Below are positions 18,735 through 28,331 of a stretch of 64,000 bases of DNA, one piece after another (positions within the stretch are counted from its first letter, which is position 1; each line of letters starts with the position of its first letter). Made by a program: the position numbers and the translations under genes. The DNA comes from Flammeovirgaceae bacterium UBA4465 (GTDB lineage: Bacteria > Bacteroidota > Bacteroidia > Cytophagales > Cyclobacteriaceae). The stretch is from the NCBI GenBank assembly GCA_905182655.1, contig CAJJCN010000031.1, forward strand, positions 9,344 to 73,343, written 5' to 3'. Under the pieces are notes generated by a model. That model was not told where the DNA came from. It saw only the letters and a list, made by a program, of their open reading frames with translations, and did no database searches.

Positions 18735-19861
18735 TCTTGATAGCTAAACGTCTTCAAAAGCTCAAAAGTATGATCCGCTCTAATAACACCAATGGAGGGG
18801 TGATTAACTCCATTAAACATGGTTGTTTTTACCATCGTATAATGCATCATATTCAGAAAGGTTAGGGTGTCTCCAATTTTTAAAGGTTTGGAAAAACTGT
18901 AATCAGCCAAAAAATCTCCAGCCAGACAACTGACCCCTCCTATTTTATAGCGAAATGGCTGTTTTTTAGCATGATGAGACCCCTCCATAATTTCAGGTCG
19001 ATAAGGCATTTCTAAACAGTCTGGCATATGACAGGTGAATGAAGCATCAATAACAGCCGTCGGACTGCCCTCATTCTCTACAATGTCAATTATTGTTGTT
19101 TTTAAAAATCCTGCCTGCCAAGCAATCGCCCCACCTGGTTCCAGAATAATTTCGACTTGATATTTCTTTTTGAAATACTTTAAGGTATCCACCAGAAGTT
19201 CAACATCATAGCCTTCTTTAGTGATTAAATGCCCACCTCCCATGTTGAGCCATTTAATATTTGGAAGATATTTTTTGAATTTCGTTTCAAAATTTTCCAA
19301 TACTTGAACCAAAGCAGCAGCAGATGACTCACAGAGTACATGAAAATGTAGGCCTTCTATGTTTGGGGGAAGTGCCTCAGGAAGACTTGAACTTATCAAA
19401 CCTAATCTCGAATGGGCATGTGCTGGATTATATAGATCTACAGTAACATCTGACCACTCTGGATTTACCCTTAAACCCATAGAAATATGAGCGGGTACTC
19501 GATCCTGAAATTTATGAAATTGATTGAGGGAATTAAAAGTGACATGTGAGGAGAGCTTCATCAATTCGTCAAACTCTTCATCCCTATATCCAACAGCATA
19601 AGTATGGGCCAATGCACTGAATTTCTCTACGCACAACTTGGCCTCATTCATAGAGCTAGCCGTAGCCCCCTTTAAGTACGCTTTGATTAATGGGAAGCTT
19701 GACCACATGGCAAAGCCTTTCAAAGCCAAAATGACATTGATTTGGGCCCTTTTTTGAACTGAATCTATTCGTTTCAGATTACGCCTTAACTTTTCGTCTT
19801 CCAGAACGAAACAAGGTGATGGAATGGCCTCAAATGTATCTTGACTGAATGATTTTAACAT
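18713..19861 (-). CDS. nspC: Carboxynorspermidine/carboxyspermidine decarboxylase
   Basis: 382 aa. Orn/DAP/Arg decarboxylase-like PLP fold (ILALKGFAMW, NMGGGH, EPGGAI). Lies two genes downstream of the carboxynorspermidine synthase gene (20340-21548), separated by a DinB-family ORF. Confidence 0.85.
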   Translation of the reverse strand: MLKSFSQDTFEAIPSPCFVLEDEKLRRNLKRIDSVQKRAQINVILALKGFAMWSSFPLIKAYLKGATASSMNEAKLCVEKFSALAHTYAVGYRDEEFDELMKLSSHVTFNSLNQFHKFQDRVPAHISMGLRVNPEWSDVTVDLYNPAHAHSRLGLISSSLPEALPPNIEGLHFHVLCESSAAALVQVLENFETKFKKYLPNIKWLNMGGGHLITKEGYDVELLVDTLKYFKKKYQVEIILEPGGAIAWQAGFLKTTIIDIVENEGSPTAVIDASFTCHMPDCLEMPYRPEIMEGSHHAKKQPFRYKIGGVSCLAGDFLADYSFSKPLKIGDTLTFLNMMHYTMVKTTMFNGVNHPSIGVIRADHTFELLKTFSYQDYRDKLS

Positions 19862-20336
19862 GATGATTTAGATGACCCACAATTATATAGCCTAAAATAC
19901 TTACCGTAAATTCAAACTGCTCGACCCACCCTTTCGATTGCCATTGTTCCTCTGAAAAAGAGGCAAACATTAAAATAGTGCTTTCTCGTACCAAAAGGAA
20001 CTCTCTTTTTAATGATTCAAGATTCCTTGAAGACGCCTCGCTCCGCATAACGTAGTCATCTTGATCGAAACTCGGAAGTTTATGAGTTTCTCCTCTAGAA
20101 AAACAAAGGGCTCGATATGAAAAAACACGTTCGGTATCTATAATATGCTGGATCATTTCTTTTAAGGACCATTTTCCCTCTAGATATCTATAATCAGCAG
20201 TTTCCTCGTTTAACCTATCAATAATGAGTGATAATTCATGGGTTGATATTTTCAACTGTTCCATCAGAGGCGTTTGATTGGTGCATTCGATATAACCACG
20301 ATAAAATTCCGGAATGGTATTCAAGTCTGGTTTCAT
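19830..20336 (-). CDS. DinB-family (four-helix bundle, metal-binding) protein
   Basis: 168 aa. DinB_2-like pattern with His residues near the N-terminus, middle and C-terminus (MIQHIIDTERV ... VGHLNHH). Its 3' end overlaps the nspC start by 32 nt. Confidence 0.65.
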   Translation of the reverse strand: MKPDLNTIPEFYRGYIECTNQTPLMEQLKISTHELSLIIDRLNEETADYRYLEGKWSLKEMIQHIIDTERVFSYRALCFSRGETHKLPSFDQDDYVMRSEASSRNLESLKREFLLVRESTILMFASFSEEQWQSKGWVEQFEFTVSILGYIIVGHLNHHVKIIQSRYI

Positions 20337-20339
20337 AAA

Positions 20340-21548
20340 TTAATCCATCTCAAGGTTTGCTTCTTTGATCTCATGCCATACTAACCCATTTTTACCTAGA
20401 TCCTCCAAAAAGGGATCAGGATCAAAATCTTCGACATTAAATACACCAGAGCCCTTCCACTTACCCGAAATCATCATCTTGGCACCCAATGCGGCTGGGA
20501 CACCTGTCGTGTAAGAAACACCCTGAGCACCTGTCTCCAAATAAGCGGCTCTATGATCACAATTATTGTAAATATAGTAAGTTTGATGACGTCCATTTTT
20601 AATGCCGCTTATTCGACAGCCAATCGAAGTTTCTCCATCATATTTTTCGGCTAGCGATCCTGGATCAGGTAATACCTCTTTTAAAAATTGTAAAGGTATG
20701 ATTTGATTCCCTTGAAAGTCTATGGGTTCAATTCCAGCCATGCCAATATTCTGTATGACTCTTAAATGTGTGAGATATTCATCTCCAAAAGTCATCCAGA
20801 ATCTAGCTCTGCGGAGTGTCGGGAAATTTTTAACCAACGATTCTAGTTCTTCATGATTGATTAAATATGATTTTCTTGGCCCAATATTTGGGTAATTGAT
20901 CATGCGACTGATTTCATGCGGCGCGGTTTCTTTCCAGTTACCTTCCTCATAATACTTACCCTTTTGCGTGACTTCTCTGATGTTAATTTCCGGATTAAAA
21001 TTAGTTGCAAAAGCTTTACCGTGATCTCCTCCATTGCAATCTACAATATCTAAATAATGTATTTCGTCAAAATGATGTTTTGCAGCATAAGCAGTAAAAA
21101 TGCTGGTCACACCCGGATCAAAACCACATCCTAAAACGGCCATAAGTCCTGCCTTTTTAAATTTCTCCTCATAAGCCCACTGCCAGCTATATCCGTATTT
21201 AGCTTCCTCTAAAGGCTCATAATTAGCCGTATCTAGATAATGGACGCCCGTCTTGAGACAAGCCTCCATGATCGTCAAATCCTGATACGGCAGGGCTACG
21301 TTGATCACCAAAAAAGGGCGATTCGCCTCAAATAAATGAATGAGTTGATGCTCTTCATCTGCATTCACTTGAGTGGTTGAAATTTTAGTCTTTTTGTATT
21401 TTACCCTTACGCTTGTCGCAATATCATCACATTTTTTCAACGTCCTACTGGCCAATATGATTTCAGTAAAAACACTACTTAATTGAGCACATTTATGAGT
21501 GACTACTCTTCCAACCCCACCTGCACCTATGATTACAATTTTTGACAT
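20340..21548 (-). CDS. Saccharopine dehydrogenase-family carboxynorspermidine synthase (CANSDH)
   Basis: 402 aa. N-terminal Rossmann motif IIGAGGVGR, and the typical length and context with nspC. Confidence 0.85.
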   Translation of the reverse strand: MSKIVIIGAGGVGRVVTHKCAQLSSVFTEIILASRTLKKCDDIATSVRVKYKKTKISTTQVNADEEHQLIHLFEANRPFLVINVALPYQDLTIMEACLKTGVHYLDTANYEPLEEAKYGYSWQWAYEEKFKKAGLMAVLGCGFDPGVTSIFTAYAAKHHFDEIHYLDIVDCNGGDHGKAFATNFNPEINIREVTQKGKYYEEGNWKETAPHEISRMINYPNIGPRKSYLINHEELESLVKNFPTLRRARFWMTFGDEYLTHLRVIQNIGMAGIEPIDFQGNQIIPLQFLKEVLPDPGSLAEKYDGETSIGCRISGIKNGRHQTYYIYNNCDHRAAYLETGAQGVSYTTGVPAALGAKMMISGKWKGSGVFNVEDFDPDPFLEDLGKNGLVWHEIKEANLEMD

Positions 21549-21625
21549 ATTTTAATTTAAAAAATGCAAGTATAGCTTTTAATTAAAAAAAAAGATCGCC
21601 ACTTAAAAAATAAAATTTTGAAAAG

Positions 21626-22939
21626 TTAGTTGAAGTTGTATCTAACACCAGCCATTACCCCAAAGCCATTAGGAACAGATGAAAAACCCATATAGCTTCT
21701 GGTGATTGATTGGAATGATTGTGTGTAGTTAGGTTCAAAAGTAATATCAATATTTTGAAGAAGTCTATAACCTAAACTCACCCCTGTCTGCCCTGAAAAA
21801 GAGATGTCTCTGTACAAGGAATTATCATTGGATCTAAATTCAACAATGGAATTTTTTTCATCTAGGGATCGATGGATATTACCTAAGTAAAAGTTGGTTA
21901 CCAAGCCCGCATTGACACGGAGGGATAACCGTTGATCTAAAAATATATAACCGGCCCGTAAAGGCACAGAGGCGAAATCTATTCTATTCTCCAATTCAGT
22001 CTCTGTACTCATGTACGTTGTTTCTTGCATGTTTTTGACTGACTTATTTGTGTTTTCGGCAACTACAGATTGACTCGGAGCAGTCATTGACATAGGATAA
22101 GAAATATTTTCAACCACAAAGTTAGACTGTTGCACTAATTCAGTTTGAATGTATTGGAGGCCTCCTTCAAGGACAAATCGCTCTTTGATAGTCATGCCTA
22201 GGTTAACTTCTATTTTCCTATTGGTTCCCACCAACATATTTTCATCCAATGAGGTCACTGTACCTTCTTTATCGTCCATAAATCCTGAGTTTAACCCACC
22301 TCCCGCGAGCATATCGTCCGCATTTATCATTTCATAATTGGGATTAAAAGAGGATCCACCAATTTTCAAACCCGCCCATGAATGTGGCTTCTTTTTTATT
22401 GACTTTTCCTTAAGAAAAGATCTAGGATAAAAAGACAGGACGGAAGCCATGGTTCTTTTCACAACCATAGGTTTATCCAACAGTGTGTACTCTTTCTTAT
22501 CAGGACTTAAGACTTTTTTATCCGTTGTAAGGGCATAATGCTTTTTTTGAGCTTTTTGATCCTCTGAATTTAAATGAAATTGATTTAAATCTAAAAAAAC
22601 AAACTCATATGAGGCTGCTCGAGGACCTATTGACGGTGAAGTATCAGTTGCCAGCATTTGATCGTTTGATGGATTTTGATCACTACTTTGGCTCAAATAA
22701 ACATTCCCGTCATAAGTGCCACTGCCTAGCCATTTTGATTGAATGGAAACACTTATGGCTATCATAATGGCAATAGCTGCTACCAAGCCATACATTTGGG
22801 CACGATGTCTATACTTGAAGACATCTAAACTTTTGGCAATCATATTCCATACTCTCTCAGAAGGGACTACTTCTGCATCTTCTAGAGCTTCCCGCCAATG
22901 GTTTGCAAATGGATCTCGATCGCTGCTATGTCTATCCAT
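21626..22939 (-). CDS. Putative anti-sigma factor with one TM segment and a C-terminal outer-membrane beta-barrel-like domain
   Basis: 437 aa. Overlaps the stop of the upstream ECF sigma gene by 8 nt. Has a cytoplasmic N-terminal segment, a TM helix (YGLVAAIAIMIAISVSI), and alternating-hydrophobic beta strands in the C-terminal ~230 aa ending GVRYNFN. Confidence 0.6.
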   Translation of the reverse strand: MDRHSSDRDPFANHWREALEDAEVVPSERVWNMIAKSLDVFKYRHRAQMYGLVAAIAIMIAISVSIQSKWLGSGTYDGNVYLSQSSDQNPSNDQMLATDTSPSIGPRAASYEFVFLDLNQFHLNSEDQKAQKKHYALTTDKKVLSPDKKEYTLLDKPMVVKRTMASVLSFYPRSFLKEKSIKKKPHSWAGLKIGGSSFNPNYEMINADDMLAGGGLNSGFMDDKEGTVTSLDENMLVGTNRKIEVNLGMTIKERFVLEGGLQYIQTELVQQSNFVVENISYPMSMTAPSQSVVAENTNKSVKNMQETTYMSTETELENRIDFASVPLRAGYIFLDQRLSLRVNAGLVTNFYLGNIHRSLDEKNSIVEFRSNDNSLYRDISFSGQTGVSLGYRLLQNIDITFEPNYTQSFQSITRSYMGFSSVPNGFGVMAGVRYNFN

Positions 22940-23477
22940 ATTTGATATGGTTTTTTGACTCCAACATTTTAATCAACAATTTCTTGGCCCTCGAGTATTG
23001 AGATTTAGATGTCCCCTCACTGATCTTTAATTTCTCTGCAATCTCATGATGTTTGTATCCCTCTATGGCGTACATATTAAATATTATTCGACACCCATCT
23101 GGTAGCGTCATGATCATTTTGACTAATTCTTGGTAACTAAATTCCGAGAACACATCTTCATTTACCACACGGTCATCCAAATTCACTACGTCTACCATTG
23201 GGTATAAAAAAATCTTGCTTCTCTGATGATTTAAGGCCGTATTTACTACTATCCGTTTGATCCAATAAGGTAAAGAGGAATCCCCTCTAAATTTTTCTAT
23301 GTTTTGAAAAACTTTGATAAAAGACTCTTGTAAAATATCTTCAGCCTCTTGAATTGCCTTGACGTAACGTAAAGCAATCGCATACATGGGTTTTGAATAT
23401 TTAGCATAAAGGGCTTCTTGCGCCCTTGGTTTATGTTTCTTACAGCCTTTTATTAAAACTTTGTCAGAATCAAACAT
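22932..23477 (-). CDS. RNA polymerase ECF-type sigma-70 factor
   Basis: 181 aa. Region 2 (DILQESFIKVF ... YWIKRIVVNTALN) and region 4 HTH (HHEIAEKLKISEGTSKSQYSRAKKLL). Confidence 0.9.
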   Translation of the reverse strand: MFDSDKVLIKGCKKHKPRAQEALYAKYSKPMYAIALRYVKAIQEAEDILQESFIKVFQNIEKFRGDSSLPYWIKRIVVNTALNHQRSKIFLYPMVDVVNLDDRVVNEDVFSEFSYQELVKMIMTLPDGCRIIFNMYAIEGYKHHEIAEKLKISEGTSKSQYSRAKKLLIKMLESKNHIKYG

Positions 23478-23541
23478 CCTATTACATTAAAGACAACTTT
23501 AATTGAAATTTCGTTGTAAACTTGTTGATAAAAAAAATCTC

Positions 23542-24816
23542 ATGAAAAGACTCAGCTTTTGCTTTTTACTGATCTTTTTTGTTGAGTCTAAATGTACATT
23601 CGTTAGCTCATCTTCGAATTTAGATACATTTAAGCTCGAATATACAGATAAAGAATATACCAGCCAAGTGGGCAATGTGAGCATTGCCCACCTTGTGGCT
23701 TTGAATGCGCCTCAATTAAATACAATATCCCTCGCCCAAGGACAAGCCTATGAGCTCATTTTTGACCTCTTCAATCCAGATTACCAATACCTAAAAATGA
23801 AAATTTTTCATTGTGACTGGAACTGGGTTCCTTCCAAAATGAGTGATCTAGAATTTCTAAGCAACTATAATGAATTTACTATTGCTGATTATGAGTTTTC
23901 TCAGAGTAATTTTTCAGAATATGTGACCTATAAGTCGGTCATTCCTAAATTAAAAATATCTGGTAATTATATTATCTGTATTTATCAAGATGATCAATCA
24001 GCTATTCCGCTATTTACAAGAAAGTTTATCGTCTATGAAAATTTAACCTATATCGATGCAAATATCTCCAGACCTAAACAACCTAAAAATAGCCGAACGC
24101 ATCAAAAAGTAAACTTAAAAATCAACTATGGGGATCTTGAAACCTCAAATTCACAAGAGGATTTCAAAGTGGTTTTAGTTCAAAATGGAGATTGGAAGCA
24201 TGCCCTCATGCCCTTGCCCCCTACCCAACTAATACCCAATGAAAAAACATTGATTTTCAACTACTTCGATGATGAGATGCTCTTTCCAGGCTTAAATAAT
24301 TTCAGATTTTTTGATGCCCGATCCATAAGCTATCGTGGACAAAATGTAATGGCGCTTCAACCCACGAGTCGAGGTGTCGAATTAATCTTAGAAATAGAAC
24401 CCCCAAAAAAAGGCTTGGCCTTTAGCCAAACATTAAATACAGATCTAAACGGTGCCTACTACACCCAAACTTTGGATCCCAATGCCCAAAATTTCAATTC
24501 AGAATATGTTTGGATCCATTTCAGAATGGATATACCCAAAATCAATGGCGATATTTTCATTCATGGGGGTTTTAATAATTGGCAGTTGAACTTACAAAAT
24601 AAGATGAACTATGATGAAAATATGCAGGCTTACACGGGCAGTATTCGAGTAAAGCAAGGCTTTTATAATTATAACTATTATGTATCAAGCGAGGAGTATC
24701 CTTTTTATTGGATAGATGGCAATCATGGGGAACATCGTAATAATTATGAAATACTCGTCTATCACCGAGCACCTGGATCTCTTAATGACAGACTCGTAGG
24801 CTATAAAAAGCTTTAA
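23542..24816 (+). CDS. Secreted protein resembling the T9SS plug / DUF5103 family
   Basis: Signal peptide from the ATG at 23542 (MKRLSFCFLLIFF); the track start at 23503 is less likely. About 425 aa. The FDLFNP..Y.YLKMKIFHCDWNW..S pattern matches my recollection of DUF5103. The family assignment is from memory only. Confidence 0.5.
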   Translation: MKRLSFCFLLIFFVESKCTFVSSSSNLDTFKLEYTDKEYTSQVGNVSIAHLVALNAPQLNTISLAQGQAYELIFDLFNPDYQYLKMKIFHCDWNWVPSKMSDLEFLSNYNEFTIADYEFSQSNFSEYVTYKSVIPKLKISGNYIICIYQDDQSAIPLFTRKFIVYENLTYIDANISRPKQPKNSRTHQKVNLKINYGDLETSNSQEDFKVVLVQNGDWKHALMPLPPTQLIPNEKTLIFNYFDDEMLFPGLNNFRFFDARSISYRGQNVMALQPTSRGVELILEIEPPKKGLAFSQTLNTDLNGAYYTQTLDPNAQNFNSEYVWIHFRMDIPKINGDIFIHGGFNNWQLNLQNKMNYDENMQAYTGSIRVKQGFYNYNYYVSSEEYPFYWIDGNHGEHRNNYEILVYHRAPGSLNDRLVGYKKL

Positions 24817-24999
24817 ATATAAAACGATTGATTGCTGGGAATATTGGATTTAGTGATCTGCGCTACTCCCTACTATGTTCATGCCTGTTCGATTTCACTA
24901 TAAACTATATAATCCAATGACATGTCTACCTAGATGATGAAACAGGTCAGAATTTTCTGTGGTTTTTGCACACCATAAAATCAATACTTGCTTTGTTTT

Positions 25000-25058
25000 T
25001 TCACCTCGTTTTGAAGACTGGATTTATTCACCTCGTAGGTTTTTAGAGTTGAGGTGAA
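25000..25058. repeat. Direct 10-nt repeat (ttcacctcgt x2) plus an inverted copy (gaggtgaa) in an ORF-free convergent intergenic region
   Basis: The copies lie at 25000-25009 and 25027-25036. The complement lies at 25051-25058, so it can pair with either copy. Confidence 0.8.
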
Positions 25059-25210
25059 GAAGGGCTTTGAGGAGGATCTAAAAAAGTGTAGAATTCCATC
25101 TAGTACATTTTTGGTACTCTACCCTTTATTACTCTCTTGGTACAATGCTTTTATTTTTTTAAAAAAATCTATTTTGGACTTGTAAGGGTACTTTTAAGGA
25201 CAGTGGATAA

Positions 25211-26308
25211 TTATACATTGAATCGAAAGTGCATTACATCACCATCCTTCACGATATATTCTTTTCCTTCAATGGCTAACTTTCCAGCCTCCTTGCATCC
25301 TTGTTCAGTTTGATAACGTTCATAATCCGGTAATTTAATTACCTCGGCTTTGATAAAACCCTTTTCAAAATCAGTATGTATAACCCCTGCCGCCTGAGGG
25401 GCTTTCCAGCCCTCTTGAATCGTCCAAGCACGAACCTCTTGAACTCCTGCTGTGAAGTATGTAATGAGTCTTAAAATACTGTAAGATGTCTTAATTAATC
25501 GATTCAATCCAGATTCAGTTAAACCATATTCTTCAAGAAATAAATTTTTGTCCTCTTCCCCTTCAAATTCAGCTATTTGTGCCTCAAGGGAAGCACAAAC
25601 CAATATCACTTCGGCGTTTTCTTTATTTACGAATTCTACCAGTTGCTTACTCCACTTATTCCCATTAATCACATGCTCCTCTTCCACATTAGCGACATAA
25701 ATGACGGGCTTGTCGGTCAGCAAATTAAGGGGATTTATGAAGGTCAAGGCATCATCATCTCTATCCAGTGATCTCGCATTTTTTCCCGATTCCAAATGGT
25801 TTTTGAATGTATTCAAAACATCGTATTCCTTACGGGCCATTTGATCTCCTGATTTAGCTAATTTCTCGACTCTTGCGCATCTTTTATCTACAGAATCTAA
25901 ATCCTTTAGTTGTAGTTCTGTATCAATGACCTCTTTATCCGAGATGGGATTGACCACTCCTTCTACATGTATGATATTGTCATTGTCAAAGCAACGCACC
26001 ACATGAATGATGGCATCTACCTCACGTATATTAGCCAAAAATTGATTACCTAATCCCTCTCCCTTACTTGCCCCTTTGACAAGTCCTGCTATATCCACAA
26101 ATTCCATGGCGGTTGGGATCACTTTCTCAGGATGAACCAGTTCTTTCAAAACCTTCAATCTCTCATCCGGTACCGTGATTACCCCTATATTAGGCTCTAT
26201 GGTACAAAAAGGGAAATTAGCCGCCTCCGCTTTCGCATTAGATAACGCATTAAACAAAGTGGATTTGCCCACATTAGGCAATCCTACAATTCCGCATTGT
26301 AATCCCAT
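25211..26308 (-). CDS. ychF: Ribosome-binding ATPase YchF
   Basis: 365 aa. G1 GLPNVGKST, and a TGS/YchF C-terminus ([11 protein letters not shown]). Confidence 0.96.
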   Translation of the reverse strand: MGLQCGIVGLPNVGKSTLFNALSNAKAEAANFPFCTIEPNIGVITVPDERLKVLKELVHPEKVIPTAMEFVDIAGLVKGASKGEGLGNQFLANIREVDAIIHVVRCFDNDNIIHVEGVVNPISDKEVIDTELQLKDLDSVDKRCARVEKLAKSGDQMARKEYDVLNTFKNHLESGKNARSLDRDDDALTFINPLNLLTDKPVIYVANVEEEHVINGNKWSKQLVEFVNKENAEVILVCASLEAQIAEFEGEEDKNLFLEEYGLTESGLNRLIKTSYSILRLITYFTAGVQEVRAWTIQEGWKAPQAAGVIHTDFEKGFIKAEVIKLPDYERYQTEQGCKEAGKLAIEGKEYIVKDGDVMHFRFNV

Positions 26309-26461
26309 TTTTTTTATCCTTGGTTTTGAAAGTTAGTATTTATTAAGGTTTTTTTAACCCAGTGTCCCCTGTTTCACTCATAATTCAGCATCCGCTGATT
26401 ATTGAAACCTACGGTGTCCTAATCTAGAACTTAAATTAAAAAATATGAATCACTGAAGATA

Positions 26462-26776
26462 TTATTGACGCTCCTGACGGTTTTCATCTTCTCTCTCTAT
26501 TTCATCAAAATCAACTTCAGGCATCAACTCCTCTTTGATGTGATCAACGGTACTGTTTAACGCATTTACAAACTTATGGAAATCTTCTTTGTATAAAAAA
26601 AGCTTATGCTTTTCATATACAAGCTCTTCATCCTTAAATCGGCGTTTACTCTCCGTTATGGTGAGGTAATAATCATTAGATCTTGTTGCTTTGACATCAA
26701 AAAAATACGTTCTTTTTCCCGCCTGCACTTTCTCTGAATATATTTCTTCCCTTCTGTTATCATTGTTATCATCCAC
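26462..26776 (-). CDS. PUR-alpha-like nucleic-acid-binding protein (DUF3276)
   Basis: 104 aa. The motif KAGKRTYFFDVKATRSNDYYLTITESKR is characteristic of the family. GTG start. Confidence 0.8.
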   Translation of the reverse strand: MDDNNDNRREEIYSEKVQAGKRTYFFDVKATRSNDYYLTITESKRRFKDEELVYEKHKLFLYKEDFHKFVNALNSTVDHIKEELMPEVDFDEIEREDENRQERQ

Positions 26777-26890
26777 GGCTATACTATTTTGGATTGCTGT
26801 TTAAATTGCATAGCAAGTTTATGCAAAAAATTGAACAATTTATACAAAAATAATGCAGTATTGCTCGAACTGGCTTAATATAGCCCCTAA

Positions 26891-27826
26891 ATGAATATTT
26901 TAGCAAAAAATATTGCTATGGGTTTAGATTTATCATCAATTAAAAAATTTGACAATTTAGAATTGCTCGCCAAAGAGTTGGTTGAAGGATTCATCACAGG
27001 TTTACACCGATCACCTTACCATGGCTTTTCTGTTGAGTTTGCCGAGCATAAGCATTATAATTTTGGTGAAAGTACAAAAAACATAGATTGGAAAGTCTTT
27101 GCCAAAACGGATCAACTCTTCGTCAAGCAATATGAAGAAGAAACCAACCTTAGATGTACGATCTTAATGGATATCTCTCAAAGCATGTATTACCCTAAAC
27201 CAAAATGTGATAAAATAAGATTTAGCATCTATTGTGCCGCAGCCCTTTCTCACTTAATGATTTCACAACGAGATGCCGTGGGCTTAATGGGCTTCTCAGA
27301 CGGTGTGAAATTAACGACTGCACAGAAATCTAGCAAATCACACCTCCATCAATTACTTCTACAATTGAATCATTGGATGGAGAAAGAAACTACGCAATCG
27401 TCTTCCTCTCAGATCGCCAAGAGTATTCATGCCATCGCAGATAAAATCAATCGTAGGTCATTGGTTATCCTCTTTACGGATATGTTTCAAGACCCCTCCT
27501 CGCCTACCGAACTCTACGAATCCCTCCAGCATCTTAAACATAAACATCATGAAGTATTGATTTTTCATGTCTCGGATCAAAATACAGAGAAGGCCTTTAA
27601 CTTCGAAGATCGGCCTTATCTTTTCATAGACTCAGAAAATGGGCGAAAAATAAAAATTACCCCATCTCTGCTCAAAGAGCAGTACCGAAAAAAAATGGAC
27701 AAATTTTATCAAAATATCCAGCAAATGTGTGGCCAACTTAAAATAGACTTTGTGGAAGTTGATACAAGGGACGATTTCGATAAAGTATTAGGAACCTATC
27801 TTGTTAAAAGAAGAAAAATGAAATAG
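26891..27826 (+). CDS. DUF58 (vWA-like) domain protein
   Basis: 311 aa. RSPYHGFSVEFAEHKHY and DWKVFAKTDQLFVKQYEEE are typical DUF58 motifs. Confidence 0.85.
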   Translation: MNILAKNIAMGLDLSSIKKFDNLELLAKELVEGFITGLHRSPYHGFSVEFAEHKHYNFGESTKNIDWKVFAKTDQLFVKQYEEETNLRCTILMDISQSMYYPKPKCDKIRFSIYCAAALSHLMISQRDAVGLMGFSDGVKLTTAQKSSKSHLHQLLLQLNHWMEKETTQSSSSQIAKSIHAIADKINRRSLVILFTDMFQDPSSPTELYESLQHLKHKHHEVLIFHVSDQNTEKAFNFEDRPYLFIDSENGRKIKITPSLLKEQYRKKMDKFYQNIQQMCGQLKIDFVEVDTRDDFDKVLGTYLVKRRKMK

Positions 27827-27842
27827 TTTTTGATTGAGGTAT

Positions 27843-28190
27843 TTAATCAAGATGCAACCATTCTTTTTTAGTCATCAATTCATCTTTGGTCTCGACATAA
27901 TCAGGATCATCAACACAGCAATCCACCGGACATACCGCCGCACATTGTGGTTCTTCATGAAACCCTGTACATTCTGTACATTTACCTGGAACAATATAAT
28001 AAAACTCTTCGGATACCGGTTCTTGATCGGTCTGAGCATCTAAAGTAATGCCTCCCTCTAACTCAACTTCCTTCAATCCCGTACCATCAGACCATTTCCA
28101 TTGCTCGCCCCCTTCATAGATCGCCGTATTGGGACATTCTGGTTCGCAAGCGCCACAATTGATGCATTCGTCTGTTATAATGATCGCCAT
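27843..28190 (-). CDS. 4Fe-4S dicluster ferredoxin
   Basis: 115 aa. [12 protein letters not shown] plus a second cluster motif, [10 protein letters not shown]. Confidence 0.9.
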   Translation of the reverse strand: MAIIITDECINCGACEPECPNTAIYEGGEQWKWSDGTGLKEVELEGGITLDAQTDQEPVSEEFYYIVPGKCTECTGFHEEPQCAAVCPVDCCVDDPDYVETKDELMTKKEWLHLD

Positions 28191-28331
28191 TCTATTAAAT
28201 TGTTAATTTTTCCACAAAAGTAGTAACAAAGTTTTTATAGAAGTTGTTTCAAAAGAATAAAAAATATTTATGATCCAGAAAGTATTTTAAATAATTCGAA
28301 TCAAAGTTGACCTGAGAGGCAGCCTAGCTGA

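Noticed and set aside
26891-27826. DUF58 as part of a MoxR-vWA (BatA-like/aerotolerance or defence-like) operon.
   Set aside because: No MoxR AAA+ ATPase or vWA/Bat genes flank it. It stands alone between a PUR-like gene and a ferredoxin gene.
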